Shown piece after piece: positions 38,436 through 49,140 of a stretch of 64,000 bases of DNA. The notes below the pieces were generated by a model that had not been told where the DNA came from, searched no databases, and saw only the letters and a program-made list of their open reading frames with translations. Source of the DNA: a candidate division CSSED10-310 bacterium (GTDB taxonomy: Bacteria; CSSED10-310); contig JAFGEQ010000019.1 of NCBI GenBank assembly GCA_016931515.1, forward strand, positions 160,700 to 224,699. The letters are read 5' to 3'. Position numbers and translations under genes: made by a program. Positions within the stretch are counted from its first letter, which is position 1. Each line of letters opens with the position of its first letter.

Positions 38436-39597
38436 AGTAGTGGATATTCTGGTCAGGGGTGAAACATTTTCTTCCCGATTTAATACGCAAAAGATTCCTG
38501 TGAAGGCTGGAGATTCATGTCTTGTCGAGTCCACTATCGGCATTCAGATAGGGAAAGTGATCAGTAATGCGAGAGTCGTAAAGGCGCGATGTGCAGGAAA
38601 TAACTTGCCGAAAATAATTCGTAAAACATCAGAAGCCGATCTGGATATACTCAAACAGCTGCAAGTGCTCGAGCGGGAATCACACCGCCTCTGCGTCCAG
38701 AAAATACAGTCTTATCGACTGGAAATGAAACTGGTTAAGGTCCTGTTTTCATTCGATCGCTCCAAAGGTCTGTTCATGTTTACATCAGAAGGGCGCGTCG
38801 ATTTCAGAGAATTGGTAAGGGATCTGGCGCAGCATTTCAAAACACGCATCGAGATGAAACAGATCGGTATTCGTGATGAAGCCCGGATATTGGGCGGTAT
38901 CGGCAATTGCGGCTGCCCGTTATGTTGCGTCACTTTCCTCAGGGATTTTCACCCCGTGTCTATTAAGATGGCCAAAGATCAGGGCCTGAGTTTGATTCCA
39001 AGCAAAATTTCCGGATTGTGCGGAAGACTGATGTGTTGCTTGCAATATGAACATGAACATTATGCCAGTCAGGCAAAATCACTGCCGAAAGTCGGAAAGA
39101 GAGTAATGACTCCCGCCGGTGAAGGCAGGGTCAGGCAACTTGGCATCTTAAAAAATACTGTTCTCGTTGAGTTGCACGATGGTAAACTGGAGGAGTTCAA
39201 AGCAGTTGATGTTATACCGATGCACAAATATCTCGAAGGAATAGAGCTGGCGGAAGAGTCGGCTGCGTCTGTAAGTCAGGACGAGGACAGTGATTCCGAC
39301 GATCTCAACTCGAATGACTCCGGACCCGTTCTGAAACCGGATACAAGTGACATGGAGCCAGACAAACTGGCGGATAAACCGGATCCCGAAGGCATGGATT
39401 CCGATGCATCGGATGTTCCGCCGACTGAACAGGATTCCCGGATTGCGGGATCCGAAGCAAAGACTGGATCAACAGATATGTCTCCCGACACTCCAAACCA
39501 GATCACATCTCGTAATGACAATGGTTATGGACGCCGCTTCGGAGGAAACCGACGGAACCGACCCCGATCCGGTCTGTCTGATACCCCAACACGGTAA
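38428..39597 (+). CDS. PSP1 C-terminal domain protein (RicT/YaaT-like) with long acidic Ser/Asp-rich tail
   Basis: PSP1 core with Cys cluster GNCGCPLCC...LCGRLMCCLQYEH. About 110 aa D/E/S-rich C-terminal tail. Overlaps tmk by 8 nt. Confidence 0.7.
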   Translation: MLEVVDILVRGETFSSRFNTQKIPVKAGDSCLVESTIGIQIGKVISNARVVKARCAGNNLPKIIRKTSEADLDILKQLQVLERESHRLCVQKIQSYRLEMKLVKVLFSFDRSKGLFMFTSEGRVDFRELVRDLAQHFKTRIEMKQIGIRDEARILGGIGNCGCPLCCVTFLRDFHPVSIKMAKDQGLSLIPSKISGLCGRLMCCLQYEHEHYASQAKSLPKVGKRVMTPAGEGRVRQLGILKNTVLVELHDGKLEEFKAVDVIPMHKYLEGIELAEESAASVSQDEDSDSDDLNSNDSGPVLKPDTSDMEPDKLADKPDPEGMDSDASDVPPTEQDSRIAGSEAKTGSTDMSPDTPNQITSRNDNGYGRRFGGNRRNRPRSGLSDTPTR

Positions 39598-39726
39598 ACG
39601 GGACATTCAATCCCTTCTAGTGTTGTATCCCAATCACTCTTGACAGGGTCTGTCAGGGGACACAACACATCCATAGGGGCTCTGCCCCTCTGGTGCCTGC
39701 ATGAGGCGGGCTGTCACACCGGGAAA

Positions 39727-39806
39727 GCGGAGAAGTCACTTCCCCGCACCCTTTTCTGTGCTGTCCAGATGCTTCGGAAATGTCAAGCATTTTCTGGGAC
39801 AGCACA
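39727..39806. terminator. Two adjacent strong hairpins in the convergent gap between the PSP1/RicT protein gene and murF; possible bidirectional terminator
   Basis: GCGGAGAAG-tca-CTTCCCCGC (39727-39747) followed by ACCCTTTTCT. Then GTGCTGTCC...GGACAGCAC (39758-39805), a 9-bp perfect stem with an internal TGCTT/AAGCA sub-stem, ending 2 nt from the murF stop. Confidence 0.4.
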
Positions 39807-41153
39807 CTAGTTTACCAGATGTTCAACAATCATTTCGGCATGCATTGAGCGAGATGCTTTTACAAGGATGACATCCCCTGTTTTCAGGAGATCGGCAACC
39901 GCGTTCGCAGTGTGCCGGTTATCCGTGAAGTAGTGGCAAATGACACCCCGACGCGTCGCTTCTTCAACCGCATAAAGCATTTCAGGACCGAACGCGATCA
40001 ACATGTCAATCCCGAAGTCGGCAATACTGATTCCAAGGCGCTTATGAGCTTCAACACTTCCTTCCCCCAATTCGAGCATATCCCCCAAAATCGCAATGCG
40101 GCGTCCGTGCGCAGGATATTCGGCAAGCAATCGAAATGCACATCGCATGGAACTGGGTGCCGCATTGTACGTATCGTCTATGACCGTCCGCTCATCCAGT
40201 TTGATGATCTGTGAACGATGAGGGGACAGTATAAACGTATCCATGCCGGTCTGGATAAAATGATCCGGTACGCCGATGAGGTGTGCTGCACAGACCGCTC
40301 CAAGTGCATTGTAAATATTATGCCTTCCATGACAGGGTATATTGAATGTCGTTCTATACTCGAAAGGCCCAAGAACTTCGAATTCGGTTCCCCGCGGTTC
40401 CGAAACCAGGATTCGGGCACGATAGTCTCCGGAATCGAGACCAAAGGTCACGCCTTCGGATATCTGGCAGTCTCTCATTATCATCGGATCATCCGCATTC
40501 AGAATCGCCTTGCCTCCAGGTTTTAAATGTTCAAACAGCTGTTTTTTTTCATCAATGATTGCTTTCAATGTTGGCATGAACTGGCTATGTGCCGGAGCAA
40601 CACATGTAAATATCGCGTGAGTGGGTTTTACAATACTTGCCAGTTTCTTCATCTCGCCCGGAACGGAAACACCGACTTCGATGACCAGTGTTTTGTGTGT
40701 TTCATCCAGTTGTAAAAGCGTGAGTGGCACACCTATCAAACCATTTAGATTTTGGTATGTGGCGAGTGTTCGCCGGTTCTGACTCATGATGGCAGCCAGA
40801 ATATCCTTGGTAGTTGTTTTTCCGTGACTGCCGGTAATGGCAATAACCGGAATATCAACCCGGCTGCGAGCATACCCGGCTAATGCCTGCATCGCTGATA
40901 ATGGATCGTCTACCTCTATTCTGGGTTGTACGTCTACACATTTCCCACGTGCTGTAACCGCCGCCGCTGCGCCTTTTGAAATGGCGGCCGCAGCATAGTC
41001 GTGGCCATCGAATCGTTCTCCTGCAAGCGCAAAATACAGCTCCCCTGGTTTGATTGTCCGTGAATCAGTAGCGGCACCATTAAAGCCGGTTGTCGGAGTG
41101 CCGTATAATTTCCCCAGCATCGACCGTATGATTACATCCCAATCCATCTTCAT
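39807..41153 (-). CDS. murF: UDP-N-acetylmuramoyl-tripeptide--D-alanyl-D-alanine ligase
   Basis: 448 aa of Mur ligase; ITGSHGKTTTKD P-loop and the MurF-type N-terminal domain. Confidence 0.8.
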   Translation of the reverse strand: MKMDWDVIIRSMLGKLYGTPTTGFNGAATDSRTIKPGELYFALAGERFDGHDYAAAAISKGAAAAVTARGKCVDVQPRIEVDDPLSAMQALAGYARSRVDIPVIAITGSHGKTTTKDILAAIMSQNRRTLATYQNLNGLIGVPLTLLQLDETHKTLVIEVGVSVPGEMKKLASIVKPTHAIFTCVAPAHSQFMPTLKAIIDEKKQLFEHLKPGGKAILNADDPMIMRDCQISEGVTFGLDSGDYRARILVSEPRGTEFEVLGPFEYRTTFNIPCHGRHNIYNALGAVCAAHLIGVPDHFIQTGMDTFILSPHRSQIIKLDERTVIDDTYNAAPSSMRCAFRLLAEYPAHGRRIAILGDMLELGEGSVEAHKRLGISIADFGIDMLIAFGPEMLYAVEEATRRGVICHYFTDNRHTANAVADLLKTGDVILVKASRSMHAEMIVEHLVN

Positions 41154-41186
41154 CTGAAAACCCTCTCCCTACCATGATTATGCAAC

Positions 41187-43412
41187 TCAGGCGGCCCGAC
41201 GCAATAGGAAACTTCCGGAAATTAGTATGAGCCCTCCGAAGAAGAATCCCGTCATCGGGATACCCGCCACCGGTAGAAAGAATATGGCGACTATCAGTGC
41301 TGAGACTGCCGCTCCGGCGAGGTCCATAAAATAGAGACACGGCAGGTGATCGGGATACTCTCTGGAAGCGAGAACGAATTGGCTTCCGCACAAGGCGGCA
41401 CAAAGCAGGGACGATAAGAAAATGATTTCCACAGGGATGTCCCTTCTTTGGTTGGTTGTGATCATCAGGCCAATTAACAGGAGACCGAGACCGAACTGGA
41501 CCAGGGCGATTCTACTGGGTCTGATCGATGTTAGACGACCGGTTAATGCGCTGCCGATCGACAATCCAAGGGCGAAGAGACCGATCAGCAGACCTGCTTC
41601 ATGATACAGAGCGCCTGTTCGGAGTTGCAGCATGAACATCAGCAAAATTTGGGTGATCATTGCGACTGAACCGGTGATGCTGACTGCTAGCATTACTTTT
41701 GCTTTCCGGCGATTCAGGAGGAAATGCAGGGGGATGGCGATGAACAGCGTTATGAGGGCGACACTTCGAATATGGGTCAACCATAAATGGGATCGTGAAT
41801 TTATGGAGGATTGCCACTGGGAGTGCCATAAGTTCAGATAAACGGGTAAGATAAGCGGTCGAAGATCGGTAGAACAATCCGAGAACGTATCTTCATCCAG
41901 GGCGGATTGAAATGTCTGCAATGCCTGAGGACTCATTGTATAGGGGAGATATGCGTCGATGGGATACAGGGAGGAAATTCCAGATTGAGCAATCCGGTGG
42001 AGAATCGTCTCAACCGGTACAGGACCGGTGGTATCTGGATGGATGAAAATATGAATTGTATCTCCGGGGATAACAGTCATGGCATCATGTGAAAATACGC
42101 TCCGGATTGATCGAAATACCATGCCGGCAAAACGAACCTGTTCGGGACTCATCATGTTCTCAGATCCGGAAATGGTCATTCCGAAAATTCCGTTTGTTGC
42201 CAGAACCCGCTCGATCTCACGGTAAAAATCTATGGAGTAATAACGAGAGGCATTCAATGAAAGGGGTAGGGGTGCACATGAGATGATGATATCAAACCGG
42301 TGATCCGGTGCCGAATCCAGGGCGATGCGGGGATCCTGAGAATGAAAACGTAAATTCGTCATCTCATCCCGGGGTAGAACTCTGGCAAGATCTTCAGGTT
42401 TCAGGCGAGTTAACGGGAACATATCCAGTGCCACTGCCTCAACATCTGCTCCCGGAAATTGACCGGTTATTGTTGCCATGTGAGTCCAGACTCCATCCAG
42501 GAGGAGAATATTAACTGGATTTGGATGCAACGCCAGGGCGACTACAGCAGTTTCTTCGTCAGGACGGGTTATCGCACCATGTGTGATTAATGTTCTATTG
42601 TAAAAAAGACTCAAACCATCCTGGTATTCGATCAGGTGCCAGCGCCCGTAAACGGAATCAAAAACCTGGCGGATAGTATGACCGGGCCAGGCCGATGCAT
42701 CAAGGGTCAGGCTGAGATGCTGTCCATAATGAACTAATGTAGTACCGATCATCAGTATCGGCACAACAGAAAGTATTGAGCTGTTAAGCAGTTTAAAACG
42801 AACTGAAACGCCGTGCATCCCAATTCCGGCAAGTAGAGGTATTCCCATGATCAGAACCACGCCTGCCAGTATCAGAGTGCTGGATGAAAGTGGATGGATC
42901 AGATGGGTCAGGACAGCACCCGTCAGAGCACCGAGTGATTCAGATATGTAGATAATGCCCGGGTGGTTGGAACCCGAGCGACGGATCAGGTTAACAGTCA
43001 GCGCAAACAGCATTCCGTTTAACAAACAGAAAGGGATCATTGTTATCAAAGGGATTATGGTGAAATTCCGGATTCCCGGTATTTCTCCGGGTGTCGACTT
43101 CAACCATGCCGGAGCGGCCCGGAACGCAGCCAGAGTGAAAGGTAACAGCACGGCGAGGAGCAGTGGAAGATTCCGGATTATTCGCGGTGACAGCGACAGT
43201 CGACTCCCAGCAAAACTACCTGCGCCTGTTGCGATCAGCCAGAGACCCAGAACGACAGCTATGCAGAGTTCGTTGTTTCTGCCGGCAGCCAGGCTTTCCT
43301 GCAGAAGCAGTATCTGGAGTGTTGTGCCGAAATATCCTGCCGCTGCCGCGATGAGGCAGGATTGTACGCTCAATGAGGAAGGTTTCACTTTATCACTCCA
43401 TCTGTGATACAA
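41187..43412 (-). CDS. Fused polytopic membrane domain / spermidine-synthase-like (PABS) protein
   Basis: About 12 TM helices at the N-terminus and further TMs at the C-terminus flank a spermidine-synthase-like Rossmann domain (LLLDGVWTHM..., FDIIISCAP). Confidence 0.65.
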   Translation of the reverse strand: MYHRWSDKVKPSSLSVQSCLIAAAAGYFGTTLQILLLQESLAAGRNNELCIAVVLGLWLIATGAGSFAGSRLSLSPRIIRNLPLLLAVLLPFTLAAFRAAPAWLKSTPGEIPGIRNFTIIPLITMIPFCLLNGMLFALTVNLIRRSGSNHPGIIYISESLGALTGAVLTHLIHPLSSSTLILAGVVLIMGIPLLAGIGMHGVSVRFKLLNSSILSVVPILMIGTTLVHYGQHLSLTLDASAWPGHTIRQVFDSVYGRWHLIEYQDGLSLFYNRTLITHGAITRPDEETAVVALALHPNPVNILLLDGVWTHMATITGQFPGADVEAVALDMFPLTRLKPEDLARVLPRDEMTNLRFHSQDPRIALDSAPDHRFDIIISCAPLPLSLNASRYYSIDFYREIERVLATNGIFGMTISGSENMMSPEQVRFAGMVFRSIRSVFSHDAMTVIPGDTIHIFIHPDTTGPVPVETILHRIAQSGISSLYPIDAYLPYTMSPQALQTFQSALDEDTFSDCSTDLRPLILPVYLNLWHSQWQSSINSRSHLWLTHIRSVALITLFIAIPLHFLLNRRKAKVMLAVSITGSVAMITQILLMFMLQLRTGALYHEAGLLIGLFALGLSIGSALTGRLTSIRPSRIALVQFGLGLLLIGLMITTNQRRDIPVEIIFLSSLLCAALCGSQFVLASREYPDHLPCLYFMDLAGAAVSALIVAIFFLPVAGIPMTGFFFGGLILISGSFLLRRAA

Positions 43413-43495
43413 TTAATACTCTTCGGTTGAATGGAAAGCATCGCTGGACCAGTGCTCGATGAACGTGAAGGTAATGGGGGACGGGAAACAAGAGA

Positions 43496-44602
43496 ATGAG
43501 CTGCATCGTTTGTGAACCAGTTCGTAAATACTTCATTCATGTCTTTATTTTATACCTGATGATAGCCGGATTCACCAGAAGTAACGGTGCCGATAACATT
43601 TCCGTCAGACAATCGGATGATGTTGAAACGGGAGTCATTCCGGTATCGCTTATCGATGGAACTGAGATGATCAGCCTGACACGCTGGGCAGCCCTGCTTG
43701 ATGCCGATCTGAACTGGGATTATGTTCTCGGTGTTGCGGAGATGCGGTTTCGGGATAACAGACTGCGTTTTGCTGATGGCGGACGGGGTATCTGGGTGAA
43801 TGGACGAATGCAGTCTCTTCCCGCAGCTGTGCGCCAGCAGAACGGAGATATCTGGGTCCCTTTGAAAATTCTGGATGATCTTGTGGATCCGTTATGGGAA
43901 GGGGATCTGATCTGGAATGATTCATCCCGAAGTTTGACCCGGTTTTCACGGGGAGCGGAAGGAAAAGGAACTCAAGCATTTGGCAGGCAGGATGACGGTT
44001 CCCTGGTGATTGTTATTGATCCCGGTCACGGTGGCACTGATCCCGGCTGTATAGATCTTGGTGGAACTCTGGAAAAAGATGCCACTCTTCAGATCGCCTT
44101 GAGAATTTCGGATATTTTAATGAACAGACTGGGTGCACAGGTTATCCTGACCCGTTCAGGCGATTCGGACGTATCGGGCGAACAGCGTGTTGCATTGGCG
44201 AACAGATCCAATGCAGACATTTTTTTGGCTGTTCACATTGCGCCTCCCCAGGAAATGCCTGGGCGGAGCTTTTATGTTTACCATTTGCCGGATACACCCG
44301 GTCAGGATTCGGACACAGGTTTGGATTTGTGGGGAGATCGTCCTGAAGCGGTTGTCAGGCGAACCGGGGAATACACGCGGTATTTCGCTGAGAGTCTGGC
44401 GTCAACAGCCGCAATCCGGGAGTTTTCAATGCAGACGGCTCAATTATCGGGATTGAAAGGTTTGATGATGCCGGCGTTTTACGTGGAGCTATCATGGAAT
44501 GCAATGTTTTATGGTGAGATTGGGATCACAGAGGAGAGTGGCCGGAACCGCGCTGCGGAGGCTATTTTCGATGGCATTCAGGAATGCCTGAAAATGGAGT
44601 GA
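43496..44602 (+). CDS. N-acetylmuramoyl-L-alanine amidase (Amidase_3, AmiC-like) with N-terminal targeting domain
   Basis: VIVIDPGHGGTDPG...ADIFLAVHIA, the zinc-amidase signature. Confidence 0.8.
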   Translation: MSCIVCEPVRKYFIHVFILYLMIAGFTRSNGADNISVRQSDDVETGVIPVSLIDGTEMISLTRWAALLDADLNWDYVLGVAEMRFRDNRLRFADGGRGIWVNGRMQSLPAAVRQQNGDIWVPLKILDDLVDPLWEGDLIWNDSSRSLTRFSRGAEGKGTQAFGRQDDGSLVIVIDPGHGGTDPGCIDLGGTLEKDATLQIALRISDILMNRLGAQVILTRSGDSDVSGEQRVALANRSNADIFLAVHIAPPQEMPGRSFYVYHLPDTPGQDSDTGLDLWGDRPEAVVRRTGEYTRYFAESLASTAAIREFSMQTAQLSGLKGLMMPAFYVELSWNAMFYGEIGITEESGRNRAAEAIFDGIQECLKME

Positions 44603-44606
44603 AAGA

Positions 44607-45191
44607 ATGCAGAACGAATTTTCACCGTCGCCACGGGATACATTGCTGAGCAAATTTGTGCTGGTTCTTCCATTCCTGATTGTCGCGATTATTGCTGGAT
44701 TTCTTTGGGCGGAATGGCGAAACAGACCGGCACGCCCGACTGAAGTAACCTGGACAGGGGCTCTTAAGGAGAATGCGAGGATCGAGAGGGAGTTTAACCT
44801 GGTGTTCCCGGTGATGTCGGGTGAATGGCTGACTGAGAAGCGGATCATCAGGGGATTTGAATCGGAGCGCCAGGAAATCCAGAGTTGCCTGGAAGCTTTT
44901 ATGGTTGGACCCAAAGATGCAAATAACCGGTTGCCGGGCGCGGAGCGAATAACTGTTGACGGTGTGTATCTTGATGGCAGACAAGGTCTTATCGTCGATC
45001 TGAAACCTCTCGTTCATCCACTTAATCTGGGCGGTATCCAAGCAGAAATAGCCTTTATTGGAGCACTGACGCAGACCGTCCGCATCAATTTTCCTGATCT
45101 GAATTGGATGATAATTCTGGTCGATGGTGAAATGCGTGAAACTTTGGCTGGACACATCGATATACGGGATCCGTTTTTACTGAATGGTTGA
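44607..45191 (+). CDS. GerMN domain protein (amidase-associated)
   Basis: N-terminal TM helix, then a GerMN-like C-terminus (VDGVYLDGRQGLIVDL...MIILVDGEMRETLAGHIDI). Immediately downstream of the amidase gene. Confidence 0.6.
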   Translation: MQNEFSPSPRDTLLSKFVLVLPFLIVAIIAGFLWAEWRNRPARPTEVTWTGALKENARIEREFNLVFPVMSGEWLTEKRIIRGFESERQEIQSCLEAFMVGPKDANNRLPGAERITVDGVYLDGRQGLIVDLKPLVHPLNLGGIQAEIAFIGALTQTVRINFPDLNWMIILVDGEMRETLAGHIDIRDPFLLNG

Positions 45192-45227
45192 TTAATATCA
45201 TCCGATCGTCTGAAATAGGTTTTATAG

Positions 45228-45866
45228 GTGAACAAGGATAGAATGCCGCGCTGTCAGATCGATAAGACAACCATTGTGATTGCATCGGGCAATGCGCATA
45301 AGATTCAGGAAATCAAAACCATCATGGGACCGATCGGCATTCGCTGGCTCAGTGGTAATACCCTGGATATCGGGCAGGTTGACGAGTCCGGTTCCTCATA
45401 TCTTGAGAACGCTGTCATCAAAGCCACAGCATATAGCAGGGCATCCGGGAAATTGGCTCTTGCAGATGATTCCGGTTTGGAGGTTGATGCGTTGGGCGGA
45501 TTGCCCGGGATTCGCTCCAATCGGCTATTCGGTGAGAACAAGACTCAGGAGGAAAAAATACTTGAGCTTCTCCGAAGGCTAAAGCAGGTTCCGTTTGAAA
45601 AAAGAACGGCTCGTTTCATCTGCCATGCAGTTCTGTTATCGGACGAGCAACTGCTTGTGTCGGTTCAAGGAGTGCTTGACGGTGTGATTCTGTCTGAATC
45701 CAGAGGCAAAGCCGGTTTCGGTTATGATCCGGTTTTTCTCGTTCCGGGGATTGGAAAAACGTTGGCACAAATGAGTGATGCCGAGAAAAACATTTGCAGT
45801 CATCGAGGCAGTGCCATGCGACAAATTCGAGATTTTCTGTTGCGTTGGCAGGATCAAACATGGTAA
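45228..45866 (+). CDS. rdgB: Non-canonical purine NTP pyrophosphatase (RdgB/HAM1, dITP/XTP diphosphatase)
   Basis: IVIASGNAHKIQE...FGYDPVF...HRG motifs. Confidence 0.8.
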   Translation: MNKDRMPRCQIDKTTIVIASGNAHKIQEIKTIMGPIGIRWLSGNTLDIGQVDESGSSYLENAVIKATAYSRASGKLALADDSGLEVDALGGLPGIRSNRLFGENKTQEEKILELLRRLKQVPFEKRTARFICHAVLLSDEQLLVSVQGVLDGVILSESRGKAGFGYDPVFLVPGIGKTLAQMSDAEKNICSHRGSAMRQIRDFLLRWQDQTW

Positions 45867-45906
45867 TAACTCTGATCTGCGTACCGGCGGACCGTATGAG
45901 CGCGTT

Positions 45907-45982
<76 letters not shown>

Positions 45983-46009
45983 TCGATTAGAAGGTAAGCT
46001 GGTTCAAAA

Positions 46010-46083
<74 letters not shown>

Positions 46084-46132
46084 ATCGACAGGAATCCCTG
46101 GCGATATGTCCTCGGGATTCAGAGTAGTGGAA

Positions 46133-46208
46133 TGGTGAGTGTAGCTCAGTTTGGTTAGAGCGCCTGACTGTGGATCAGGAGGTCGAGGGTTCAAATCCCT
46201 TCACTCAC
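46133..46208 (+). tRNA. tRNA-His (anticodon GTG), with encoded G-1
   Basis: Acceptor GTGAGTG/CACTCAC with an extra 5' G pairing to discriminator C. Anticodon loop CTGTGGA. Confidence 0.75.
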
Positions 46209-46250
46209 CCTGTTTGTTTTGCACACGGGTCCCCAGGTCCTTGTGTGCCA

Positions 46251-46324
<74 letters not shown>

Positions 46325-46338
46325 ACATCTTATTTGCT

Positions 46339-46420
46339 CGCGAGGATGGCGAAATTGGCAGACGCCCTGGACTTAGGATCCAGTGCCGCAAGGCGTGGGG
46401 GTTCGACTCCCCCTCCTCGC
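46339..46420 (+). tRNA. tRNA-Leu (anticodon TAG), long variable arm
   Basis: Acceptor GCGAGGA/TCCTCGC, anticodon loop CTTAGGA, variable arm TGCCGCAAGGCGTG, T-arm GGGGGTTCGACTCCCCC. Confidence 0.75.
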
Positions 46421-46492
46421 ATGCTGGTGATCCCGAACGAGTCCCCTTACGGAACTCCTGCAATAAATAAAAATGATGGATGAGGTAATGAT

Positions 46493-47839
46493 ATGAAACA
46501 TAGTGTTGAAAAAATTTCTGAAACCACACGAACTGTTCGGGTGGAAATCCCGGTTGATCGGGTAACGAGCGAATTCGAAAAAATTTATATCGATCTTACC
46601 GAGAAAGCGGTCATACCCGGTTTCCGGAAAGGCAAAGTTCCGCGCTCGATGTTGAGATTGCGGATGGGAGATGACATTGCCTCTCAGATCGGTATTGATC
46701 TGATAAAGGAATCACTGCCTGAAGCTATGAAGTCGATAGAAGAACAGACGGTTGGTTATCCGGAGTTCAACGAGTGGAAAGTGGAGGAGGGCCAGCCGTT
46801 TATATATGAAGCGCGAATAGAGATTCTGCCTCCATTCGAGCTGAAAGATTATAAGGGTATTGAAGTTCCGAAAAATACGCCTGACATTTCGGACGAGGAA
46901 ATCATAGCCGGACTTGAACGGATTCGGGCTGGTCAAACAACCTACGAAGTTGTGTCCGGTCGGCCTGCGCAAAAGGAAGACAGGATCTATGGTCGGATTA
47001 CGCTTTCGATGGATGGTCAGGCGGTACCTGGATGGACGAATCGCCATATAGAAGTCGATCTTGGAAAAAATTCGTTTTTCCCGGATTCACCGATGGAGGA
47101 GCGATTGATTGGTGCGGAGGCAGACAAAGAGCACTGCTTTACTGTTGATTTTCCCGCGGATTATACATATTACCGGGATGTTGCCGGCAAGAGTGTTTCG
47201 GTTCAGCTTCGCCTGAATGACATAAAAACACGCAAAATGCCCGATATTGATGATGATCTGGCGAAGGACCTGGGTCTTGAAACGGTTGATGAGCTTAAAA
47301 AAATGGTTCGTGACGATATCGAACGGAAGCGTCAGCATGAAATTGATGAAGCATTTGAATCAGCGATCATCGACAAGATAGAGTCAGCAAATTCCATTCC
47401 AGCGCCCGGACCGATGGTTACATCGGAAGCTGAGTTCATTGTGGACAATTATTTTAAATACCAGAACCAGCTCAGTGATGAGCGGAAGGCGCAGTTGATG
47501 GAAACGATGAAACCGATGGCTGAAAAGCGAGTCCGGCAGCGGTTAATCCTGCAAAGAGTGGCTGAGCTGGAAAACATCGAAGTGACGGACGATGACGTCA
47601 AGAAAGCGTTCGAGGAGATGGCGGAACAGGAAAAGGCTGATCCGGAAGAACTCCGAAGTCAGTGGGAGAAGGATGATCTTATCGATAACCTGAAGCGCCA
47701 ATTGAGACGTTCCAGGGCGTTGGATTGGTTAAAGCAGAATGTTGTGCCGGTGGATGCGCCGATAAATCAGGCAGACGATGTAGATCAGAAGACTCAGGAC
47801 GAATCGGAGACAATGACGGAATCAGGTTCGGACGAATAA
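46493..47839 (+). CDS. tig: Trigger factor
   Basis: 448 aa with the ribosome-binding signature region GFRKGKVP in the N-terminal domain. Canonical position upstream of clpP. Confidence 0.85.
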   Translation: MKHSVEKISETTRTVRVEIPVDRVTSEFEKIYIDLTEKAVIPGFRKGKVPRSMLRLRMGDDIASQIGIDLIKESLPEAMKSIEEQTVGYPEFNEWKVEEGQPFIYEARIEILPPFELKDYKGIEVPKNTPDISDEEIIAGLERIRAGQTTYEVVSGRPAQKEDRIYGRITLSMDGQAVPGWTNRHIEVDLGKNSFFPDSPMEERLIGAEADKEHCFTVDFPADYTYYRDVAGKSVSVQLRLNDIKTRKMPDIDDDLAKDLGLETVDELKKMVRDDIERKRQHEIDEAFESAIIDKIESANSIPAPGPMVTSEAEFIVDNYFKYQNQLSDERKAQLMETMKPMAEKRVRQRLILQRVAELENIEVTDDDVKKAFEEMAEQEKADPEELRSQWEKDDLIDNLKRQLRRSRALDWLKQNVVPVDAPINQADDVDQKTQDESETMTESGSDE

Positions 47840-47855
47840 TCCAGGGAGATTAACA

Positions 47856-48458
47856 ATGAAAGAACCGAGGATGCAGTTAATACCGATGGTCATTGAACAG
47901 ACGAGTCGGGGAGAGCGTGCGTATGACATCTACTCACGGCTTCTGAAAGAGAATATCCTGTTCATTGGGACTCCGATCGATGACCAGGTGGCTAATCTCG
48001 TGATTGCCCAGCTGTTGTATCTGGCGGCCGAGGATCCTGACAAAGATATTCATCTGTACATCAATTCACCGGGTGGACATGTCATGGCCTGTATGGCGAT
48101 TTACGATACGATGCAATATGTGAAGCCTGATGTTTCCACGATATGCGTCGGTCACGCCGACAGCGCTGCGGCGGTACTGCTGGCTGCGGGTGCACACGGG
48201 AAGCGCTTCGCACTAAAAAATGCACGGATCATGATTCATCAGCCCTGGGGAGGATTTCAGGGGCAGGCATCTGATATTGATATTCATGCCCAGGAGATTC
48301 TCAGGATGCGACGGGATTTAAATCAGATTATGGCGGAACACACCGGTCAACCCGTTGAGAAAATCGCCAAGGATACGGACCGGGATTTTTTCATGTCTGC
48401 GGAAGAGTCGATTCAGTACGGGATAATCGACAAAATTCTGGAGCATGCGAAGAAATAG
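47856..48458 (+). CDS. clpP: ATP-dependent Clp protease proteolytic subunit
   Basis: 200 aa with the catalytic Ser/His/Asp context (GMAASMA-like: ...[16 protein letters not shown]..., IMIHQP). Confidence 0.85.
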   Translation: MKEPRMQLIPMVIEQTSRGERAYDIYSRLLKENILFIGTPIDDQVANLVIAQLLYLAAEDPDKDIHLYINSPGGHVMACMAIYDTMQYVKPDVSTICVGHADSAAAVLLAAGAHGKRFALKNARIMIHQPWGGFQGQASDIDIHAQEILRMRRDLNQIMAEHTGQPVEKIAKDTDRDFFMSAEESIQYGIIDKILEHAKK

Positions 48459-48464
48459 TCAGCA

Positions 48465-49106
48465 ATGAAGATTAAAAGCGCCGAGTTCATCAAGAGCGCT
48501 ACTGATCCCGGTGGCTATCCGGTTACCGATCTGCCTGAGATCGCGTTTGTCGGACGATCCAACGTCGGCAAATCCTCCCTGATAAACAATCTCGTTCAAC
48601 GAAAAAAACTAGCCAAAACAAGTTCTACTCCCGGAAAAACACAAACCATAAATTTTTACAGGGTGAATGACTGCATGCTTCTCGTCGATCTGCCTGGATA
48701 CGGTTTCACAAAAGCTCCTGAAAAAACAAACCTGCAGTGGCGCCAATTCATCGATACGTACTTACGCACCCGGGAGAACCTGCGCGGTGTCATTCAATTG
48801 ATCGACTGCAGACATGAACCGACAGCCATGGACCGCAGGGTGTTTGTCTGGTTGATGGAAACGGATCTGATTGGCGGGATATGTGCCGTGAAGTCTGATA
48901 AACTCAGTCGAAGCCGATTGATTCAATCCCTGCATACCATCCGGGGCGATCTAATGATGCCTGATACGATCTCGTTAATATCCCATTCAGCAGTTTCGGG
49001 AAAGGGTCGGCTGGAATTGTGGAAGCACCTGACCAGCCTGGCTGGATTCAGCGGACGGGATTCCGGGACAAAGGAACAATCGTCTGAAGAGACCACTGAT
49101 TGCTGA
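48465..49106 (+). CDS. engB: Ribosome-biogenesis GTPase EngB/YihA/YsxC
   Basis: G1 GRSNVGKSS, G3 DLPGYG, and the characteristic early KTSSTPGKTQ block. Confidence 0.8.
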   Translation: MKIKSAEFIKSATDPGGYPVTDLPEIAFVGRSNVGKSSLINNLVQRKKLAKTSSTPGKTQTINFYRVNDCMLLVDLPGYGFTKAPEKTNLQWRQFIDTYLRTRENLRGVIQLIDCRHEPTAMDRRVFVWLMETDLIGGICAVKSDKLSRSRLIQSLHTIRGDLMMPDTISLISHSAVSGKGRLELWKHLTSLAGFSGRDSGTKEQSSEETTDC

Positions 49107-49140
49107 CCCTTTGATTCAGCCTAATTTGACCCGGGTTTTT

